Shown in pieces: positions 51,421 through 63,995 of a DNA stretch of 64,000 nt. The notes under the pieces were generated by a model. That model made no database searches. It saw nothing but the letters and a program-made list of their open reading frames with translations, and had not been told where the DNA came from. The stretch is from Callorhinchus milii (taxonomy: Eukaryota). The first letter of the stretch is position 1, and every line of letters starts with the position of its first letter. The stretch is taken from NCBI RefSeq assembly GCF_018977255.1, contig NW_024704742.1, positions 106,518,001 to 106,582,000 of the forward strand, in the 5' to 3' direction. Both the position numbers and the translations under genes were made by a program.

Positions 51421-52739
51421 TGACTGTGTATTTGTAGGCAATAAATTTACATTTATAAAGCACCTTTCACATTGGGTGGAAGTCCCAAAGCACTTTACAC
51501 TGCTGACTGGGAACCCAAACTGTGCATGTGAGATGAGAAAATTGATCAGAATTTTCAATAGACAAACATATTTGTGCAGTTAGAAACTATTAGAATTCAT
51601 AAATTTTTGAGATTACAAAATCTTCCACATGAAGTAACCCTCTATTTAACCGAGAATGTCTTTTAAAATAAAGTAATATAAACATCAGAAGTTTCCTATT
51701 GCTTTTCACATGGTCACTGTGTGAGACAGAATGTATATGGCTTATCTGACATCTTTCAAGTTCTTTGCAGCTGCTCATTCCATTTAAAAAATGTTATTTT
51801 TATTCGTCCTTAAGCTATGGGTTTTATATCTCATTTTTCTTCCTTGAATAAAATTGGTTTTAGTCATCTGTGCGGCTTCCAAGTCAGAATCAAATTGCTA
51901 CTCAGTTACATTGGGAATTCTTTACATTTTCTTAGTTATTAGTTTGCAAAATTGACTCTTTAAATCACAACACTGAATAATCTATTGAATTTGAATGATC
52001 TAAGCGAATGGGTCAGTGAACACTAATGCATGCAAAAACCATCACTGTTGGAGCAGACTAAACGAATCAAACCGATCATTTTACATATGCATAAAGAGAT
52101 TCTATGGTACCCAACTTGTCACAATGTTTATCAATGTCTATAAGTGATATTTCTGAACACACTATGAACATATTGTCTATTACACATAGTTGAACAAAGA
52201 GACCATTCAATATCTATTCTCAAATGATAGTTGTTAAAAAATCTGACACTGAAGCATCAAGACATTTTTACAATTCAACTCCCCCAGTTCATTTATCTTA
52301 AAATGTTGTGTGCAAACTCCTGTTTGATTACATTTCAATTGATAATTCAAAGAAAACAGCATATCATAAACCAACTGAACTCAGCAGGTATGAAATCCAA
52401 GCAATTTGTTTTAAAAATAACTAACTACATCGCAATATAAAATATGCATTGCATTAATCAACTTCATTTATTAATATTTTCAATAATTATGTCAAACCTA
52501 CTTTTTAGTCAGTTTTTAACTGCTTTGTGATATAGTATTTGTGATTTCTACTCCTCCCAACCCATTGTAACCTAACATTTTGTGACTCCGATGAAAATTT
52601 CTAGTTGAAATATAACATTTATTTCAATCTATGTGTAAGTCACATGTTAATCAAAATATAATGTGTTGAACTACATCAACTTATCACTGATGTTTGTCGT
52701 AGGAACATAGTAATGAAGTGAGAAAATGTGATATGATAA

Positions 52740-53180
52740 ACCACATTATGAGGAAAGATTGGAGAAATTAAGTTTCCTTGGAGCAGAGGAGGGTGAAACA
52801 GAAGCTGACAGAGATGTACAGAATTATAAGGGGTTTTGAATGGGTAAATAGGAAGAAGCTATTTTCGCTGGCAGGTGAGACAGTGATTAAGAGACATTGT
52901 TATAAGGTTGTCACAAGAAAATCAAAAGAGAGTTTTGGAGAAGTCTTTTTTCACTCACGTAGTTATTGGGATGTAGAATGCCCTGACTAGTAAGGTGATA
53001 GAGGCAGAGTCCACTGTGAGTTTCAAGAGGGAAGTAAACAGTTTTATGAATGATAAAGGCTTGAAGAGGTCCGGGGCTAAGACCAGGCAATGAAATTGAA
53101 TGAACACCTTGCTCTGAGAGACAGTGAAAACTCAATGGGCCACATGATCTCCTCCTGTGTTGTACATTTCTACGATTCTA
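52740..53180 (+). mobile_element. CR1 3' fragment
   Basis: YEERLEKLSFLGAE/EQRRVKQKLTEMYRIIRGF; tail gtacatttctacgattctat. Confidence 0.75.
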
Positions 53181-54847
53181 TACAAAGCAATGGGCTTGAT
53201 TCATTCATCTTGTACTAATCCTATTGACTTTTGCATGTATTAATGCTCACTGACCCACCTAATAGTATCATTGGAATTCAACACATTGTCCACTTTCAAA
53301 GCCAAATATATCATCTCTACAGTCTATGCATTTGTCTTCAACATTCATTTGCTCTTAGGCAAATTGTCAATATCGGAATTCCTATATTAACATAACATAA
53401 CATGTAGAAGCAGGAGTAGGCTACTAAAGATACTAAAGATACTAAATGGCCTAGAAACTACACAGTCACTCCACTCTACAGTAAATCCTGCGATGCATTT
53501 GGAAACATTTCAAAACGTTATATTAAATGTAAGGATTGTTATAATTATTATAAATAAAAAAATGTACAAAAGCTCAGTGGTAGTGTGTGATTTGAATGAG
53601 GTTTGGAAATATTGGATATTATTTCTCATCTAAAATCTCGCTGGGCAAATTAGCAGTAAGACCAATTTTTTTGCTCATTATTCCTGATTGCAATAAGCTA
53701 TCAGGGACAGCCATCAAGCAGAGGTTCCTCACCACAGGGCATGAGAGAAAATCAGAGGATCTCTTGACCTCAGGGCACATTAACCTGGTTAAAGAGTGCC
53801 TCTGACAGAGCAAGTGTGGAGCAATCACAACATAATATCTGTGGGATAATTTGAAGAAGGTGCACAATATATATATATATTATACATAGAGAGAAGAAAA
53901 GTATTGTTCATTATTGAAGTTAAAAGTTAAATTTCCACTGCCCGATAGTTACCAACATTGTTGGGATGAGCTTACAGTGTGGTTTACCTGTTACAAGTGC
54001 ATAACATTGATGTCAATAACTTTATCAACCAGCAAGATTTTATCCTCCCCTGTGGCTTTAATTGCTTTGCTCAGTTATTCTCAGATGATGTATTACCTTC
54101 AACACAAAACTAATTTAAGGGCATAAAATTGAGGTTTGGTGGAACAAAGGTCAAACCGATAATGTTCTACAATTATATTGCAATTTTCTATTCATGAGCA
54201 CCCTAAGGAGTCTGGTATGTAAGCCATGTAAACTGGTGTGTACAGAGAGAATTATACATATATTTAATGTTGTAATTACATGTAATAACCAATGAAATGT
54301 TTACACATGGTTTACATTTACACAACTTAGCTAATATAAGAATTAGGAGCAGGAGTAGGCCATTCGGCTCCTCGAGCCTGCCCTGCCTAATATATTCGAT
54401 TGAAAATTGTGCTGAGATTGACTAAAAGCTCTCTTTTGTATTCTATTTTATTGCAAAATGCCCAAAGAAAACTTTTCTTGTGATATATATGTGCAATATT
54501 TTGAAAATATCCTTCCAATTTTCAATACAATTTAGAGGAGAAATATTCTTCCATTTTCATCACAATTTAGTGGAGATAGTCTTTCAAGGACTACCGAAAA
54601 TCAGTTTCAAAGTTAAGAATGAATTTGAATCAATTTCAAGAATGTATGCCAACTTCTGCAGACTGAAATGCTAAGAAAATAGATTAAATCTAGATGCTGG
54701 AGGAATGTTTCCCCCTTAGTCTTACTTGGGAGGTTATCACAGTGCTTCATTCTCACTGCTGTGGTATGGTGAGTTTCAGATTCCCATCCTTAATGCATAA
54801 GATCACTGCGATATTTTTTCATATCAAAAGTTGTCAAGCTACCATAT

Positions 54848-54850
<3 letters not shown>

Positions 54851-54889
<39 letters not shown>
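54851..54889. repeat. (TA)n microsatellite
   Basis: Directly visible. Confidence 0.95.
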
Positions 54890-54891
<2 letters not shown>

Positions 54892-56517
54892 AGCAATCAG
54901 CAGCAGGGGATCCTTCATGACTGGAATGACAATGCCTTCCAAAGCGTTCATGCTTAGGTGTAAAATGCACTGAGACCTATGATAATCAGGACAAAATCCC
55001 AAAGACAATGGCCAAGTTCTTCCTCACCTCAAGTGAAATGAATCCTTCAAACCTCCAACCTGAAACTTTTTTTTGGTCAGCCAGGAGTCTGACACATTTC
55101 GAAACCCATCACTGTGCTTAAGAGTATCCAAACCAAACTGAGAATTCCATGCATCCCACCTACACATGGGAACTCCAGAGATAAGATTGTTGAACTGGAA
55201 TTCACACTCTCTACCTGGAATAAGGCATCCTGCATACCTAATTCCAGAAACTATTAGGTGCAGGTTGGCAAGAGCCAAGGCTTTGTGGTCCCCTGAGTGT
55301 GCATTGTAATTCTGCTGGAGTCTAACCACATAGCTTACCATGACCTGAACCTCAGTGGATGGATCATTAAAATCAGTGATCTTTGTCCTTATCTAATACA
55401 AAATTCTCCGTACACAGCATCCATGCTTAATACTGTCCACATAGTTTGTGGAGACTAAGGTTATAAACATTTCTATGGTACTATAGGTGTCACAGGCAAT
55501 CGAAAATGGTAGAATTTCCACTTTACTTGGCTACTAAATTCAGTAAAGTGAAGCATGTTTTAAATAGATGAAACCTCCATGTGAATGAAATTACAAGTTT
55601 CATTATTCATGAATAACATTTTACCAAAGGATAAAAATTGCCCTCTTGTGGCACATACAAAATAGATCGAATTGGACTAGGATTGTATAATTCTCAGTTT
55701 GATTCCAGTCTCGCGTTAGTGGGTTTGTCTGGCGCATAATTTATGTGTCGACACCTGGCTGATCTAAAGAAAGAAAGAAAGAACCAAAAATATGCAATCC
55801 AACCACAGAATACAGATTATTTTGTTACTTAACTGAAACATGTTGCATTGGGAATAAGGGAATACAGTAGTAATACTCAGTTTCAGGTAGGAGTAGAAGA
55901 TTGGCCCATCTCATCTTCCTGTTTAATTTCCACTTTCAACAACAACAACTTGCATTTATATAGCGCCCTTCTCGCAAGCTACTGTCTAGGAGCTCTTATA
56001 AAAAATGTTTCAATGTGTTGCTTTCCTTCGACACATCTATCTAACAATTCTGAACCCTTTTCATTTCCCGTTATTCTCATTAAGATATAAGAAACAAATA
56101 TCCCCTGGTAATAATGAGTACCTGCATTCCATACACAGATAGAAGAAAGAGAGTTGCTTTCAGTCAGATCAATTGCATTTAGATTGTGGACATCTCTTCT
56201 AACATCCAAAGTTGTCAACATTTTTATTTGACTGATCAAAACATATTTATCAGTAGTAATGTTCAAACGAGCACTGAAAAAAACACATAAAGTATTGCAT
56301 TCTAAACAAGAAACATCTGTGAATGCCTTACTGAGATAAAACAGATGTGTACCTGCACTTCATACTGAAAAACAAAATCAACACTTTTGCATTACTTTCT
56401 GAAAAATGCGATGATTTTCATTCAAAGTGTCGCTCCAACTACAACACTGTAATCTAAAAACACTATTGTTATCTGAAATGGATTTTTGCAAATAAATAAA
56501 AGCAAAAGCGTACTCAC

Positions 56518-56538
56518 CCATTGTGCTGCAAACGTTGC
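56518..56538 (-). CDS. KRTCAP2: KRTCAP2-like gene, putative start-codon micro-exon (coding part ATG+G, 56521-56518)
   Basis: Minus strand reads catttctgtgttactgcag|GCAACGTTTGCAGCACAATGG|gtgagta: pyrimidine-rich acceptor, ATG plus 1 nt, consensus donor. The phase-1 end joins the GT that opens the 155-nt exon (M-G-T-R-M-V-V-S-L), giving the same register as remembered human KRTCAP2 (S8-L9). Confidence 0.6.
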
Positions 56539-58364
56539 CTGCAGTAACACAGAAATGCTGACCAGTTCCCTGACAAAATTGGTGGTAAAATTCAAGTGCT
56601 CATAGAATTGATGAACTGCTTTTTGTTTCCCGTCAAACTATTTATTCAGGTGTCATATTCCCACACAGCAGACTGCAAGTACTTATAGTCAAGGTCATCT
56701 CAATAACCAAAAATCAAATCCAGCAAAATTGAGCAGAGTAAAGTTATTCAATTTGTGAATCTGTTACATTGTTCTTTCATCACATTATTTATTAAAGAGA
56801 ATATTTCATTTGTCTTATTTAAGTCCTGTCAATAATATGTCGTTAAATCAAAAATGAGAAGCTTATATAGTAAAACACGTACATTGTCAATTCAATTTTG
56901 CCAGGCACAAATGTGGCAATAAGCAGAAAGTGGCAGTGACAGGATCATTTCAATAACATGTATTTCTTTTCCAATGAGAAACATCCACAGCAAACCACTT
57001 TACAATAAAATCACTTTGAGCATTTTTTTTCCTCTGGCAGTGATTTCTACAACAGTTGTTTGTACATTTCGATTTGATTGCCTATTTAGAGGGAGCTATG
57101 AATATTTCCATTTGACTAGTTACATTGCAAGGGTGGCTGAACAACAAAAGACATGAAGACATACATATAAATGTACAGTATTACACAAAATCTGCATCCA
57201 GGGAAACCATCATTTATATGTATCCAGGACCAACCAATAATTTGTGTTGCTTTAATAGTTTGTGCTATATGCCCAATTTAGCACTGCCTTTTGGAACACT
57301 TGCTTTTGGTCAAAGTGATCAACAAGCATGTATAGCTATTTTACCCATCCAAACTAATACTAAATAGATATTCTGGCCTGTTGCAAATTGTTCTTGCACT
57401 GATGTTTTTTTTTGCTAAGGCTTGGCTGCCTTTATGATCAGAAATGGTCCTGAGTCTATGTTTGGCAGCTGTCATTGCTCTTTTTTAAAAAAAATTATGT
57501 TTGGGAAAGATAATCCCGCTGCATTTAACGTAAAACAGAGTATCTGAATATAAAATGCAAGGATTATTATTATTATAAAGTAGGAGTTATGCAATATGGA
57601 AATTTCACAAACTGAAAGCCTTTTTTATATTTAGGAAACAAGATTGAGTGAGTAGGATTGAATTTAAATTAAAATGTCTACAAAATGGGTGAAAATTAGG
57701 AGCAAAAAGGCATTTTTCTGAATGGAGTGAAGCACAACTCAGGTTTGGGAGGATCATTAAGCCAGAATCCTTAGAGTAAAGCACGGCAAAGAGGATTTCC
57801 GGATGTCGGAAATTCTGGGAAAGGTATAACACACAGAAATTAAATTGCTGCACGTTTCAATACAGTGGAGACAGAAACGATCAATCTTCCACACTGGAAC
57901 ACAATATTAGCCATGGATTCATAAAACAGTTGTGAAAACACATTGGAGGAGGAAGCCTGTGCCCTCTAATTCTGCTACCTTGACCTATCTGAAATATTAT
58001 CCTGATCTTACTCTCTCATCCCAATGCAAGTTAAGCTTCTTTCTTATAACACATGTGTCCAAACAGTTTTGTTCATTGTTTTTAGCTCCAGGACATGAAA
58101 CAAAGGGTTTCCTTTGCCCTATATAAGTGCAAGTTGTTGTTGTTGGGACTTGGACATCTGGAACATCAAGGTTCCTGACACATCACAAGCTGCCCTGCGT
58201 AGGTCCTTATCCAAATAGTTTACGACAAGAAGCTGCTGGAAGGCATTACCTGAAGTCCGAGTTTGTGAACACACGTTCATAAATCCAGGGATTGATATCC
58301 ACCTTGATTGGTCTGCAGTAAATTGGTGGAGCCATCACTCCATGGGCAGGGGGATTATTGTTGT

Positions 58365-58770
58365 GTGTCAGTGTTGGTTATTTGCTAGCACTCTGACTCT
58401 AAGACAACAGCCCTACCTCAGGACTTTGAACACACAAGTTTAGGCTGACACTCCAGTGCAATACTGTGTTGTTGGAGGTGCCGTGATTTGGATGAGGTAT
58501 TAAAACTGAGGTCTTGCTTCCTGTTCAGGCAGATGTTAAAGACCCTATAGCACTAGTCAAAAAGAGAAGGGAATTTCTCCCGGTGTCCTGGCCAACAACA
58601 TCCCAAATAATATTGGTCACTTGGTTTATGGGCTGTTTGTGGGATATTGCTATGTGTAACTTTGGCTGCCGTGTTCACCAACAAATAGTCACTGCACTTT
58701 ACAGTAAATCCTTTGAAAAGCCTTGAGACATTCTCCCAATGAGAAGGCGACTATATCAATTGCAAGATTA
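58365..58770 (+). mobile_element. SacSINE1-like DeuSINE
   Basis: Colinear with the copy at 8245. Confidence 0.8.
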
Positions 58771-58937
58771 ATACTCTGACATGAAGCAGCAGAAATATGT
58801 TTCGAGGTGGCGAAGGCTGACTATCTCATTTAGCAAATTAACTTTTGACAACAATAATTTGCATTTCTGAAGCGTGCTTCAGGTGGGGTAGTGTCTCGGA
58901 ACGCTGGACAATGGCAGATGTGGCAGATGTGGACAAT

Positions 58938-59274
58938 TGTGGAGTCCTGTAGCTCAGTGGTTAGAGCACTCGCTTTGCAAGTGAGAGACCTGAGTTCAAT
59001 TCCAGGTCAGGGCGAAACCTTGGGCAAGTTTCCTTACTCCACACACCTAATAATAATCCCTCCAAAAAACCTAAAACAATAATTAAATTGGTCATTTTCA
59101 ATCTACGACTGTTTGTGGGACATTGCTGTGCGCAATTGGCTGCCGCGTTCGCCCACAAAAAAAATACAGTCAATTCACTTTACAGTGTGTTCTGTGAAGC
59201 GCTTTGGGACGTCCTCCTGACGTGAAAAGCGCTATATCAAATGCAAGGATTATTATTATTATTATTATTATTAT
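58938..59274 (+). mobile_element. Young tRNA-Ala SINE
   Basis: Near-identical to the copies at 30119 and 32878. Confidence 0.93.
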
Positions 59275-59279
59275 AGATG

Positions 59280-59720
59280 AGCCGGGGCAGGGGGTGGGGG
59301 TGGTGGGCGAGAGAGGGGAGGGATTTGACCCATACGAGGTTAGGCAAAGTGGGGGCAAGGCACCTGGCTAACCGAGACAGCAGACAGTGTGTAGAAAGTG
59401 TATGTGAGAGGACGGGGGGTGGGGGGGGAAAGGGGGAAATCAAGAACTACAAATCCCACAGAGCAGAGCAGCCAGAATCAGGCCAACCTCGGGGGGGAGG
59501 GGAGTTACTGCACCGCACCGGCCCTGCGTGTGTGAGGGGGAGTGACTGCACTGCACTGCACAGGCCCTGTGTGTGAGTGAGTGAGTGATTGTGAGTGAGT
59601 GAGTGAGTGTGAGGCTCCTAACAGCCAGAAGCCGAAGGAAATTAAAGATGTCGCTGGCTGCAGGGCGGCCTCTCACTCGCTGTAAGTTCACTCTGTTATT
59701 TGATCACTGCGACCTTCACA
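59280..59720. promoter_or_regulatory. Putative (bidirectional) promoter and non-coding first exon of NUDT12
   Basis: Local GC/CpG enrichment, G-rich boxes, ACTACAAATCCCACAGAGC at 59446-59464 (ZNF143/THAP11-type motif) and a plus-strand donor T|gtaagt at 59682. It lies between the two divergent genes. Confidence 0.6.
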
Positions 59721-59749
59721 AACAAAATGGTTGAGTGTTTACTCTGGAC

Positions 59750-60398
59750 ACTGACTGACAGACAGACAGACAGACAGACCGAGTGAGTGGCTGAGGGAGT
59801 GACTGAGTGACTGACTGACTGACGGAGTGACTGAGTGAGTGAGTGACTGACTGACGGAGTAACTGAGTGAGTGAGTGACTGAGTGACTGACTGACTGACT
59901 GACTGACTGAGTGAGTGAATGACTGAGTGAGTGAGTGAGTGAGTGAGTGACTGACTGACTGACTGACTGACTGAGTGAGTGAGTGAGTGACTGACTGACG
60001 GAGTGACGGAGTGACTGAGTGAGTGACTGACTGACTGACTGACTGACTGAGTGAGTGAGTGAGTGACTGACTGACGGAGTGACTGAGTGAGTGACTGACT
60101 GACGGAGTGACTGACTGACTGACTGACTGACTGAGTGAGTGAGTGAGTGAGTGAGTGACTGAGTGAGTGAGTGACTGACTGACGGAGTGACTGAGTGAGT
60201 GACTGACTGACGGAGTGACTGACTGACTGACTGACTGAGTGAGTGAGTGACTGAGTGAGTGAGTGACTGACTGACTGAGTGAGTGAGTGAGTGACTGAGT
60301 GAGTGAGTGACTGACGGAGTGAGTGAGTGAGTGAGTGACTGAGTGAGTGATTGACTGACCGACTGACTGAGTGAGTGACTGAGTGACTGAGAGACAGA
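59750..60398. repeat. Compound tetranucleotide microsatellite (TGAC/TGAG/CGGA)n
   Basis: Directly visible. It produces the spurious S/H/L/T/Q/V low-complexity ORFs in the track. Confidence 0.98.
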
Positions 60399-60811
60399 CC
60401 GAGGTGTCGCCGCTGTCACACGGGGTGGGGGGGGGGGGTGGGGGGCGAGAGACTGAGCCCCGGACCCGGGTCCAGCTGCTGCCCTCAATGTCCTTAAAGG
60501 GAAGGGGCTGCGCTGGGTGTGCTTTAGCCGACACCTGTGATGTGAGCACCATCTATTGGAGACTGCTGCTAGTCCGGCTCGGACCTCTCCACCCGTTAGG
60601 GCTTCGGCTTACAGCAGGAGCTGAGTGGAGGAATTCCACGTCCCAGTAACTGTTCTGCCCTTCCAACTCCTGTCAATGAGCCGAGCTGGCCGTGCTCCAG
60701 ACTAATCTATCTCAGGAACTGGACTACCGAGACCACCAGTAGAGGCCCTTCAGTGCAAAGGAGACCTCGCTTACCACCGCCCCCCCACCCACCACCACCT
60801 GGAACATTGTA

Positions 60812-61185
60812 ATAATAATATAGCGCTTTTCGCATCTTCTCGCGTCTCAAAGTGCTTCAAAGAATATACTGTGAAGTGAATTGACTGTATACTTGTGGGC
60901 GAAACGCGGCAGCCCATTGCGCACAGCAGTGTCCCCCAAACAGTCGTGGATTGAAGTGACCAATTTTATTATTGTTCGTTTTCTTGAGGGATTATTATCA
61001 GGCGTGTGGAGTAAGGAAACTTATCCATGGTTTCGCCCTGCTGGGAATCAACAATAGTCGAATGTTAGATGATAATAATAATGCTGGTATTTGATATAGC
61101 GTCTTCTCACGTCTTCAAGATTTCTCAAAGTGCTTCACAGAATATACTGTAAAGTGAATTGACTGTATTTTGTGGGCAAAACGAT
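60812..61185 (-). mobile_element. tRNA-Ala SINE body plus a second tail fragment
   Basis: Reverse-complement body (about 60812-61050) and tail (about 61072-61185). Confidence 0.85.
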
Positions 61186-61644
61186 AGGCACTAGTTGGTC
61201 ATTAATTCAGGTTCGGGTACAGTCATTTACACTTACATTGTTCTTTCATTAGAACAATTCCCCCTTCCAATAAAAAGCCTTGCATAAATAAAGTAGGATA
61301 TATGTTGGGACTGCTGCTGTATACAAAATAAACCACTTATGTCACAGCTTTTATCTCATATATAAATCTCTGCCCCTTGACCATCTGTATAATGTACACA
61401 GACTGACGTTTCTGGTTATCGGCAATGAACCATCACTCCCTAAATTCACAGCGATTATGCAGCACAGACATAAATCTTTCATTGTGAGTGTCATCACTCA
61501 ACTGTACACATCTCATTGACACCCATTGTTGACAACACAACGATGTAGCAACAGAATAAAACTGTCACAATCCCCACCGGGATGCGTTGAGTTCATTCAC
61601 GTAATCCGGCCTCGTGATTCAGGTGAGAGTTATAAATAATAATA

Positions 61645-62080
61645 TGTAATAATCCTTAGATTTGCTATAGCGCCTTTCGTATCAGGGGGACATCTCAAAG
61701 CGTTTCACAGCACACACTGTAAAGTACAGTTACTGCGTGTATTTTGTAGGCTAAACAGCAAACAGTTTGCGCACAGCAATGACCCAGAAACAGCCATGAA
61801 GTGAATGATTAATTTTTTTATTTGGGAATTGTTGTTAGGAGTAGAAAAAACTTGCTTCCCTTTTTGAATAGTGCCATTCAACATCGTACTTGAACAGGCA
61901 CTCAGGCCTCAGTTATCGTCTCATCAGGAGGATGTCGCCTCTGGCAATGCAGCACATTCCCAGCACCTCATTGGATTGTGAGCCCTGACAACATTGGGTC
62001 AAAGTCCTGATGCGGGGCTTGAATCCATAACCTTCTGGCTCAGAGGCAAGAGTCCTACCAATTCAGTCATGCTGACACAT
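61645..62080 (-). mobile_element. SacSINE1-like DeuSINE
   Basis: Reverse complement colinear with the copy at 8245. Confidence 0.8.
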
Positions 62081-62319
62081 CCTATAAAAGTGCCTGGATA
62101 ACTGCATGTAGGGGCAGACACAGGATTTTTGAAGTACCTTTGAAAATATATATATTTTGAAGATGGGAGGGGTGGTGGGCTAAAGCAGAATAGGAACGGG
62201 ACTAAATGGAGGGGGAATTCAGGTTAAGTCAGATTGGGAACCAGTAGGAATTGGGATATTTTTAATATGCCTTTAATTATTTGTGGAGGCAGTTAGCATA
62301 TTGTTGAGAAGTTAATAAG

Positions 62320-62668
62320 TAATAATAATGATCCTTGCATTTGATATAGTGCTTTTCACGTCTTCGAGACGTCTCAAAGTGCTTCACAAAATATACTGTA
62401 AAGTGAATTGACTGTATCTTTTGTCGGTGAAACGTGCCAGCTAATTGCGCACAGCAGTGTCCCACAAACAGTCGTGAATTGAGTGAACACATTTTTTTAA
62501 GGGATTATTGCCCCCGGAAAAGCAATCTGCAGTCAACTAACAACCAGGTTCCTCCTTACTGCTAGGTAAACAGAGTAGGAAGCGTGCTTAACATTTCGAC
62601 CTGCCGGAAAATCATACCCAGGTCCTCTCGCTTGCGAGGCGAGCGCTCTAACCACTAAGCTACAGTAC
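62320..62668 (-). mobile_element. tRNA-Ala SINE, long subfamily
   Basis: Reverse complement including the extra segment (cttactgctaggtaaacagag). Confidence 0.85.
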
Positions 62669-63368
62669 TTTGCTTTGCAATAAATGCTGATACTGTATAA
62701 ATTATTTCTGTAAATTTTTATATTTTTATTTCCAGGAACACAGTAGATGGTTTGAATAATAAATGAATTATAAGAATAAACAACAACACATTACATTTAT
62801 ACAGCACTCATTGTCAATTTTAGAGCCATATTTAAAAATAAAAATAGATAGAGGCACTGTTTTTCAACCATGTCACTGAAGCATTTATAATATTAGCAAC
62901 CACGCAGCTTTACCATTGTATTTTCAAGCTTGGACCGTGCTATCCAATTGGACATTAGCTTGACAACTAAATAGGCTGACTATCAATAATGCCTTGGATT
63001 ACTGTGGATCTGAAGGATTTCGCTTGATGTGTCTCTTCAGTCACTTCAGCCACATAAAGGACTCCACTTTCCTCCACCAGGGAAGTTTTTTTTTTAAAAA
63101 TCTGCTTTGACATTGAAATAGTGAAACTTTGGTCACAAGTCTGATACTCAGACTACTGAGTTATCCAATGTTTTCAGCGTAGCCATTAGTGAACTAGTGC
63201 TATAACTATTGTAGAATGCAGTATCAAAATTGAACTGTTTATGCTTTTTAAAAGAAAAAAAATTCCATCATGTTGATATTTGTCGATCGTTGTCAACAAC
63301 CCACAGTAGTTGTGTTGAATGAATTTTAATGGCTGTATTTATTTGTTGGTAGTTTGAAAAAAATAAAG

Positions 63369-63574
63369 ATGGCAGAGGCTGAAAACAACCCGATGAAGGG
63401 AATGATTTCCCTGTTTCACGAGATTGCAGCCAAAGGAGATGTAGCAAAGCTATCTGCGATGATGAATCATTCTGAGTCTCTCATAGATGAGATTGGCGAG
63501 AAAGGCTGGAGTGCCCTGATGTACGCTTGCAGGAATGGACATTTTGAAGTGGTCCAGTTACTTCTTGAAAAAGG
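63369..63574 (+). CDS. NUDT12: NUDT12 (NAD-cap/NADH Nudix hydrolase), first coding exon with N-terminal ankyrin repeats; gene continues past the window
   Basis: MAEAENNPMKGMISLFHEIAAKGDVAKLSAMMNHSESLIDEIGEKGWSALMYACRNGHFEVVQLLLEKG aligns without gaps to the remembered human N-terminus (FHCSAAEGDIAKL...ENGWTALMYAARNGHPEIVQFLLEKG). Acceptor ag at 63351-63352; donor GG|gtaaag at 63575. Confidence 0.9.
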
Positions 63575-63789
63575 GTAAAGAGGATATCTTTTCTGAACAG
63601 TTTTCATAATCACACAGAATCATTGCCAAGAGAGATTTAAGTGGTACACTGTAGCTGGGATTATAGCTTCCCATATGTGATCAGGCTTTTGTGTTATTTG
63701 GGAAATTGCTTTCATCATTTCGTAATTGAAGTCAGAAAAGCATAAACAGATTCTCTTGTAATAGCACATCTTGAGTTTCTGTTCTCACC

Positions 63790-63995
63790 TACAAATCCCT
63801 TCACCTCCTGGCATCTCTCCGATCTCCTCCTACCCGATCCTCTGTGCTCCCCCTCCACTCTTCTACCCCTCCAATTCACCTTATTTTATCCTCCCCCCGC
63901 ACGATCTTCCCTGCTTGGTGTCACTATCAAGCATTCAGAGACAGTATACTACATGAAGGGAGCTATATAAATGCAAGTTGGTGGTGGTGGTGCAA
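63790..63995 (+). mobile_element. L2 3' tail fragment in the NUDT12 intron
   Basis: Tail gggagctatataaatgcaagttggtggtgg preceded by C-rich L2-like sequence. Confidence 0.6.

Noticed and set aside
55330..55345. ATG|gtaagc on the minus strand as the start exon
   Set aside because: Phase 0, incompatible with the phase-1 acceptor at 32533, and it lies beside a dispersed repeat.
59716..60552. Long 278 aa and 249 aa minus-strand ORFs
   Set aside because: They are translations of the TGAC/TGAG microsatellite, which lacks stops on that strand.
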